Shown: positions 57,639-62,049 of the stretch, piece by piece
Numbering within the stretch: position 1 is the first letter of the stretch
Layout: every line of letters begins with the position of its first letter
DNA from: an uncultured Opitutales bacterium
Lineage (GTDB): Bacteria > Verrucomicrobiota > Verrucomicrobiia > Opitutales > JABSRG01
DNA length: 62,049 nt
Assembly: GCA_964417945.1 (NCBI GenBank)
Contig: CAYQKH010000002.1
Span: 372-62,420, forward strand
Direction of reading: 5' to 3'
Notes under the pieces: generated by a model
Told to the model about the DNA's origin: nothing
The model's input: only the letters and a program-made list of their open reading frames with translations
The model's database searches: none
Made by a program: the position numbers and the translations under genes

Positions 57639-58019
57639 TTACTTTGCGGCTTTCGGCCGTTTTACCCCGTATTTGGAGCGGCTGCGGCGACGTTTCTCCA
57701 CCCCAACTGCGTCGAGAGTTCCACGGACGACATGGTAACGCACTCCCGGAAGGTCTTTTACACGGCCTCCACGAACCAATACAATACTGTGTTCCTGGAG
57801 ATTGTGCCCTTCGTCTGGAATGTAGGCGATTACCTCGTAGCCCGAAGTCAGGCGCACCTTGGCCACCTTGCGAATAGCGGAGTTCGGTTTCTTCGGAGTC
57901 CGCGTCATCACTTGAACACAGACGCCCCGACGAAAGGGACAACGCCGAAGGGCGGGGGATTTCGACTTCCCTTTGACAAGCTTCCGGGGCGATCGGACGA
58001 GTTGATTAATGGTGGGCAT
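57639..58019 (-). CDS. rpsL: 30S ribosomal protein S12
   Basis: [13 protein letters not shown]...PKKPNSA(I)RK...GVRYH. Confidence 0.97.
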   Translation of the reverse strand: MPTINQLVRSPRKLVKGKSKSPALRRCPFRRGVCVQVMTRTPKKPNSAIRKVAKVRLTSGYEVIAYIPDEGHNLQEHSIVLVRGGRVKDLPGVRYHVVRGTLDAVGVEKRRRSRSKYGVKRPKAAK

Positions 58020-58234
58020 TGTTTAAAGATATAAATGCTTTCCTGCTCCCATCATGTCATCTTGAAGAAAAGGACGGAGGCGGAAAGGGAACTTGATTGA
58101 TTAGCTCTATTGAAATTCAGGCAAATTAGAGCGAAAGAGGATCAAAGTACTACTCAAAATTTTGGAAGCAAGGATTTTTCAAAAAAATTTCATACCTCTG
58201 CCGGGATCCGGGCAGTGAAGCATAGGATTCAGAC

Positions 58235-58272
58235 GAAAAAAAGCCGGGACGATCAAGGCTCCCGGCTTTTTC
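58235..58272 (-). terminator. Intrinsic terminator after rpoC
   Basis: The minus strand reads AGCCGGGA-gccttgatcg-TCCCGGCT followed by T7. The plus strand also has a T tract after the 8-bp stem, so it is bidirectional in form. Confidence 0.7.
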
Positions 58273-58287
58273 TGAAGGGACTCAAGG

Positions 58288-61200
58288 TCAACCCGCGTCG
58301 GCGGTAAAGGACTCCTCATCCTCATCCCCAAAATCCACCCCGAGGGTGTCTATTTTCAGGTGCCGGTATTTGGGGAGGCCGGTTCCAGCGGGGATCAGAT
58401 GACCCATGATGACATTCTCCTTGAAGCCGGTAAGACGGTCGATTTTGCCGAGGGTGGAGGCCTCGGTCAGAACCCTCGTGGTTTCTTGAAAGGATGCCGC
58501 GCTGATGAAGGATTCTGTTTCCAGGGAGGCCTTTGTGATCCCGAGAAGGATCGGTTCACCCTCCGCTGGCTTACCACCTGCCTCGACTATCCGGTCATTC
58601 TGCTCAAGAAACAGAAAACGATCAATTTGCTCACCCCAGAAAAATTCGCTGTCGCCCGGATCGGTGATGCGGACCTTTTTCAGCATCTGGCTGATGATCA
58701 CTTCGATGTGCTTATCGTTAATCGTGACTCCTTGCAGGCGGTAAACCTTTTGAATCTCGCCGAGGAGGTATTCCTGGCAGGCGTTTGCGCCAAGGATGTC
58801 GAGGATCTCGTGAGGGTCCCTCGCACCTTCCGTGAGGTGTTGCGCCTTTTGCACAATATCGCCCGGCTGGACAATGATGTGCTTGCCGTGAGGTATCAGG
58901 TGTTCCTCGCTGTTTCCTTCCTCATCGGTGACGACCAGCTTTTTCTTGCCGCGAATGGTCCCTTGGAGGGAAACCTCCCCGTCATTCTTGGCCATCTCTG
59001 CGGCATCCTTCGGGCGGCGGGCTTCGAAAAGCTCGGCAATTCGGGGCAAACCCCCGGTGATATCCTGAGTTTTAGAAACTTGTCGGGGAGTCTTCGCCAG
59101 CATCGCGCCGGGGGTGATCGTATCTCCTTCGTTGACGACGACCTGCGCACCCACCGGGATGGAATAGCTTGCCATGACCTTACCGCTTTCATCGCGGATG
59201 TCCACCTGCGGATTTAGATCCTCCTTGTGCTCGGTCACTGCGGTGGCGATCGAACCGGTGGCCTCATCGAGTTCGCGCTTTACCGTAACCCCGGGAATCA
59301 TGTCCCGGAAAACGATTTCTCCTGCCCGCTCCGAAAGGATCGGAATATTGTGCGGATCCCACCGAGCCAGGTAGTCGTTCTTGTTAATCGCGTCTCCGTC
59401 GCCCTTGAAAAGGACCGAGCCGGCCGGAATCTGATGGCTCTCAAGCTCGCGATCATCTTCATCCGTAATCAGAATCATCCCGGTTTTATTGAGGACGATA
59501 TTCGCACCCTCTGCCGTCTGCACCAACCGGAGGCCGCGATACTTGACCAACCCTTCGTGCCGAACCTGGATTTCCGGGCGTTTGGAAATCTGCGAGGCGA
59601 TCCCACCGATGTGGAAGGTTCGCATCGTCAATTGAGTACCGGGCTCCCCGATTGATTGCGCCGCGATGATCCCCACCGCGGTTCCAGTGTCCACCAACAC
59701 GTTAGTCGCCGGATCCAGCCCGTATTCATCGGCCGTGATCCCGATCCGTTTACGACTGGTCAGGGCCGACATGACTTTCACCCGCTCGATGTTCAGCTCT
59801 TCGATCATCCGCGCCTTTGCCTCGGAGATCAGTTCGCCGTTCTTCACGAGGATCTCCTCCGGGTTCAGAGGATTATGGATGTCCAAGGAGGAGCAGCGGC
59901 CCACAATCCGGTCGTAGAGGGAAACAATCTCGTCGTCGCCTTCAATGATCGCGTGCTTCCAGATACCGTCGCGGCGGCCATCGTCTTCCTCGTGAATGAT
60001 GCAGTCCATCGCCACGTCGCAGAGTTTACGGGTGAGGTAACCGGCGTCCGCGGTTTTCAGCGCGGTGTCCGCAAGGCCCTTCCGCGCACCGTGCGTCGAA
60101 ATAAAGTATTCCAGGACGCTCAGCCCTTCACGAAAGCTTGAAAGGATCGGACGCTCGATGATCTCGCCGGAAGGCTTGGCCATCAACCCACGGGTCCCGC
60201 AGAGCTGGCGCACCTGCTGCCGGTTGCCCCGCGCACCGGAATCCATCATGAGGAAGACTGGGTTAACGTAGCTCTTGCCTTCGTTCTCCTTGAGGTTTTC
60301 GAAAACCAATTTCGCGATCTCGTCGGTTGCCCCGGTCCAAATGTCGATAATCTTGTTGTAACGCTCACCCGTCGTGATCAGTCCTTTGCGGTATTGACCT
60401 TCGACCTCGTCGATCTTTTTCCGTGCGCTCTTCACGACCGCGGGTTTGTCCTCGGGGATGATCATGTCATCGATCCCAATGGAGATCCCCGCTTGGGTCG
60501 CGGTTTGGAAACCCAGGTCTTTCAGGCGGTCGAGCATCTCGATCGTCGTCTCTTTTCCGGCCTGCTTGTAGCAGTCGAGGATGAGGTCCCCCAGCTTTGC
60601 TTTCGCACAGGGAAAGTTGACAAAGCCAATCGACTCTGGCCAGAGAGAGTTGAACAGAATCCGACCCATCGTTGTGCGGATCACCTTCTTCTCCTTGTTT
60701 CCGTAGAGCGTGTCTCTTCCGTAATCCGGATTGATAAAATCGATCCAGGAGTGCTTCCCGAACTCCCCTTCGATTTCACCAGCCAACGCCTCGTCGAGTT
60801 CGGAAACCAGAGGTACCCGCGTTCCCGCGGCCGGCTTTTCACGGGGCTCGAGGGTTAAGTAATACATCCCCAGAACGATGTCCTGCGAGGGCGTCAGGAT
60901 CGGCTTCCCCGAGGACGGGGAGAAAATATTGTGGGTGGCCATCATGAGCAGCTTCGCCTCCATGATCGCCTCCATCGACAGCGGGACGTGAACCGCCATC
61001 TGGTCACCGTCGAAGTCCGCATTGTAAGCCGTGCAGACAAGCGGGTGCACCCGGATCGCGTCCCCTTCAATCAGCACCGGCTCGAAGGCTTGGATGGACA
61101 GGCGGTGAAGGGTCGGTGCCCGGTTTAAAAGAACCGGATGCCCTTTCGTAACTTCTTCAAGAATGTCCCAGACCTCGGGCGAGCGTTTTTCGATCATTTT

Positions 61201-62049
61201 TCGTGCGCCACGTACTGTATGGACGAAACCAAGCTCCTTCAAACGACGAATGATAAAGGGCTCGAAAAGGATCAGAGCCATCTTTTTCGGAAGACCGCAC
61301 TGATTCAACTTCAACTCGGGCCCAATCACAATTACCGAGCGGCCCGAGTAATCGACACGCTTTCCGAGCAGGTTCTGCCGGAACCGGCCCTGCTTGCCCT
61401 TCAACATGTCGCTCAGGGATTTTAGCGGACGGTTCCCCGCTCCGGTCACCGCACGGCCGTGGCGACCGTTATCGAACATGGCATCCACCGCTTCCTGCAA
61501 CATCCGTTTCTCGTTGTGGATGATGACGTCGGGCGTTTTCAGCTGAAGGAGGTTCTTCAGACGGTTGTTCCGGTTGATAACCCGGCGGTAGAGATCGTTC
61601 AAGTCACTCGTCGCGAAGCGTCCACCTTCTAGAGGAACCAGCGGGCGGAGGTCCGGCGGAAGGACCGGGAGTGCTTCCAGAATCATCCACTCCGGGCGGG
61701 TGTTGCTATCGATGAAGCCCTGGATGACTTTCAGGCGTTTCGCCAGTTTCTTTTTGATCTGCTTCGATCGCGTGGCGTGCATCTGCTCCTGCAGTTCGCC
61801 CACCAATGGCTCCAGTTCCATTTTGCGCAGCACCTCCCGCAGGGCTTCTGCCCCCATGCGGGCTTCGAAGGCGTCCTCACCGTATTCGTCCTGGGCCTGG
61901 AGGTATTCCTGCTCGGTTAGTAGTTGTTTCTCCTCCAGCGGGGTTTTGCCGGGATCGACCACCATGTAGTTCTCATAATACACGACCCGCTCGAGATTGC
62001 GGGCGGTCATGTCGAGGAGGAGACCGAGACGGCTCGGCATGCTCTTCAG
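58288..62049 (-). CDS. rpoC: DNA-directed RNA polymerase subunit beta' (5' end lies beyond the window)
   Basis: The frame is open to the window edge. [12 protein letters not shown] catalytic loop; trigger-loop and clamp segments. Only the C-terminal ~1250 codons are present. Confidence 0.97.
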   Translation of the reverse strand: MKSMPSRLGLLLDMTARNLERVVYYENYMVVDPGKTPLEEKQLLTEQEYLQAQDEYGEDAFEARMGAEALREVLRKMELEPLVGELQEQMHATRSKQIKKKLAKRLKVIQGFIDSNTRPEWMILEALPVLPPDLRPLVPLEGGRFATSDLNDLYRRVINRNNRLKNLLQLKTPDVIIHNEKRMLQEAVDAMFDNGRHGRAVTGAGNRPLKSLSDMLKGKQGRFRQNLLGKRVDYSGRSVIVIGPELKLNQCGLPKKMALILFEPFIIRRLKELGFVHTVRGARKMIEKRSPEVWDILEEVTKGHPVLLNRAPTLHRLSIQAFEPVLIEGDAIRVHPLVCTAYNADFDGDQMAVHVPLSMEAIMEAKLLMMATHNIFSPSSGKPILTPSQDIVLGMYYLTLEPREKPAAGTRVPLVSELDEALAGEIEGEFGKHSWIDFINPDYGRDTLYGNKEKKVIRTTMGRILFNSLWPESIGFVNFPCAKAKLGDLILDCYKQAGKETTIEMLDRLKDLGFQTATQAGISIGIDDMIIPEDKPAVVKSARKKIDEVEGQYRKGLITTGERYNKIIDIWTGATDEIAKLVFENLKENEGKSYVNPVFLMMDSGARGNRQQVRQLCGTRGLMAKPSGEIIERPILSSFREGLSVLEYFISTHGARKGLADTALKTADAGYLTRKLCDVAMDCIIHEEDDGRRDGIWKHAIIEGDDEIVSLYDRIVGRCSSLDIHNPLNPEEILVKNGELISEAKARMIEELNIERVKVMSALTSRKRIGITADEYGLDPATNVLVDTGTAVGIIAAQSIGEPGTQLTMRTFHIGGIASQISKRPEIQVRHEGLVKYRGLRLVQTAEGANIVLNKTGMILITDEDDRELESHQIPAGSVLFKGDGDAINKNDYLARWDPHNIPILSERAGEIVFRDMIPGVTVKRELDEATGSIATAVTEHKEDLNPQVDIRDESGKVMASYSIPVGAQVVVNEGDTITPGAMLAKTPRQVSKTQDITGGLPRIAELFEARRPKDAAEMAKNDGEVSLQGTIRGKKKLVVTDEEGNSEEHLIPHGKHIIVQPGDIVQKAQHLTEGARDPHEILDILGANACQEYLLGEIQKVYRLQGVTINDKHIEVIISQMLKKVRITDPGDSEFFWGEQIDRFLFLEQNDRIVEAGGKPAEGEPILLGITKASLETESFISAASFQETTRVLTEASTLGKIDRLTGFKENVIMGHLIPAGTGLPKYRHLKIDTLGVDFGDEDEESFTADAG

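Noticed and set aside
1-62049. CRISPR arrays, rRNA genes, integrases and complete toxin-antitoxin or restriction-modification systems
   Set aside because: I looked through all intergenic regions and ORF translations. I saw no regularly spaced direct repeats, no rRNA-like sequence, no tyrosine or serine recombinase motifs, and no nuclease or methylase pairs.

Overview
Chromosomal window from a diderm bacterium; hand-sampled coding G+C is roughly 58-65%. It is most plausibly Verrucomicrobiota. That is an inference from a PEP-CTERM protein built of autotransporter-associated beta-strand repeats, a prepilin-like cassette, and almost no Shine-Dalgarno motifs. Layout: (i) 0.3-2.7 kb is a small accessory patch: an AAA_14/DUF4143 ATPase, an AbrB-like ORF and an apparently 3'-truncated MDR dehydrogenase. 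(ii) 2.8-21.2 kb is housekeeping: LptF/G-type permease, pyrE, htrA, prs, lpxD, then skp-bamA-dnaB-rplI-ssb-rpsF-pth-rplY, rlmN, a nitroreductase, a Gfo/Idh/MocA oxidoreductase, a DEDDh exonuclease, an IMPase-family phosphatase and an LbH transferase. (iii) 21.2-27.1 kb is an accessory segment ending at the 3' end of tRNA-Gly(GCC). It holds a four-gene GspI/J/K-like minor-pseudopilin cassette with a 722-aa tip-type subunit and a coupled secreted protein, an IS630-family transposase remnant, a PEP-CTERM repeat protein preceded by a sigma-54-type -24/-12 motif, and two spacers of about 35-37% G+C. (iv) 27.1-30.7 kb encodes a PstS-like binding protein, a sigma-54 enhancer-binding response regulator and a soluble PAS histidine kinase. 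(v) 30.8-39.3 kb encodes a membrane protein, gltA, hisH-hisB-hisC-hisD, a LolA-like protein, guaA and a small Zn-ribbon membrane protein. (vi) 39.5-62 kb is an uninterrupted minus-strand ribosomal superoperon: rpoC (partial)-rpsL-rpsG-fusA-S10-spc-alpha. The two most notable observations are the orphan pseudopilin cassette and a 122-aa signal-peptide ORF wedged between rpsS and rplV inside the otherwise canonical S10 operon. I saw no CRISPR array, rRNA gene or intact mobile element. All calls rest on reading the translations and the sequence by eye; no database search was possible.
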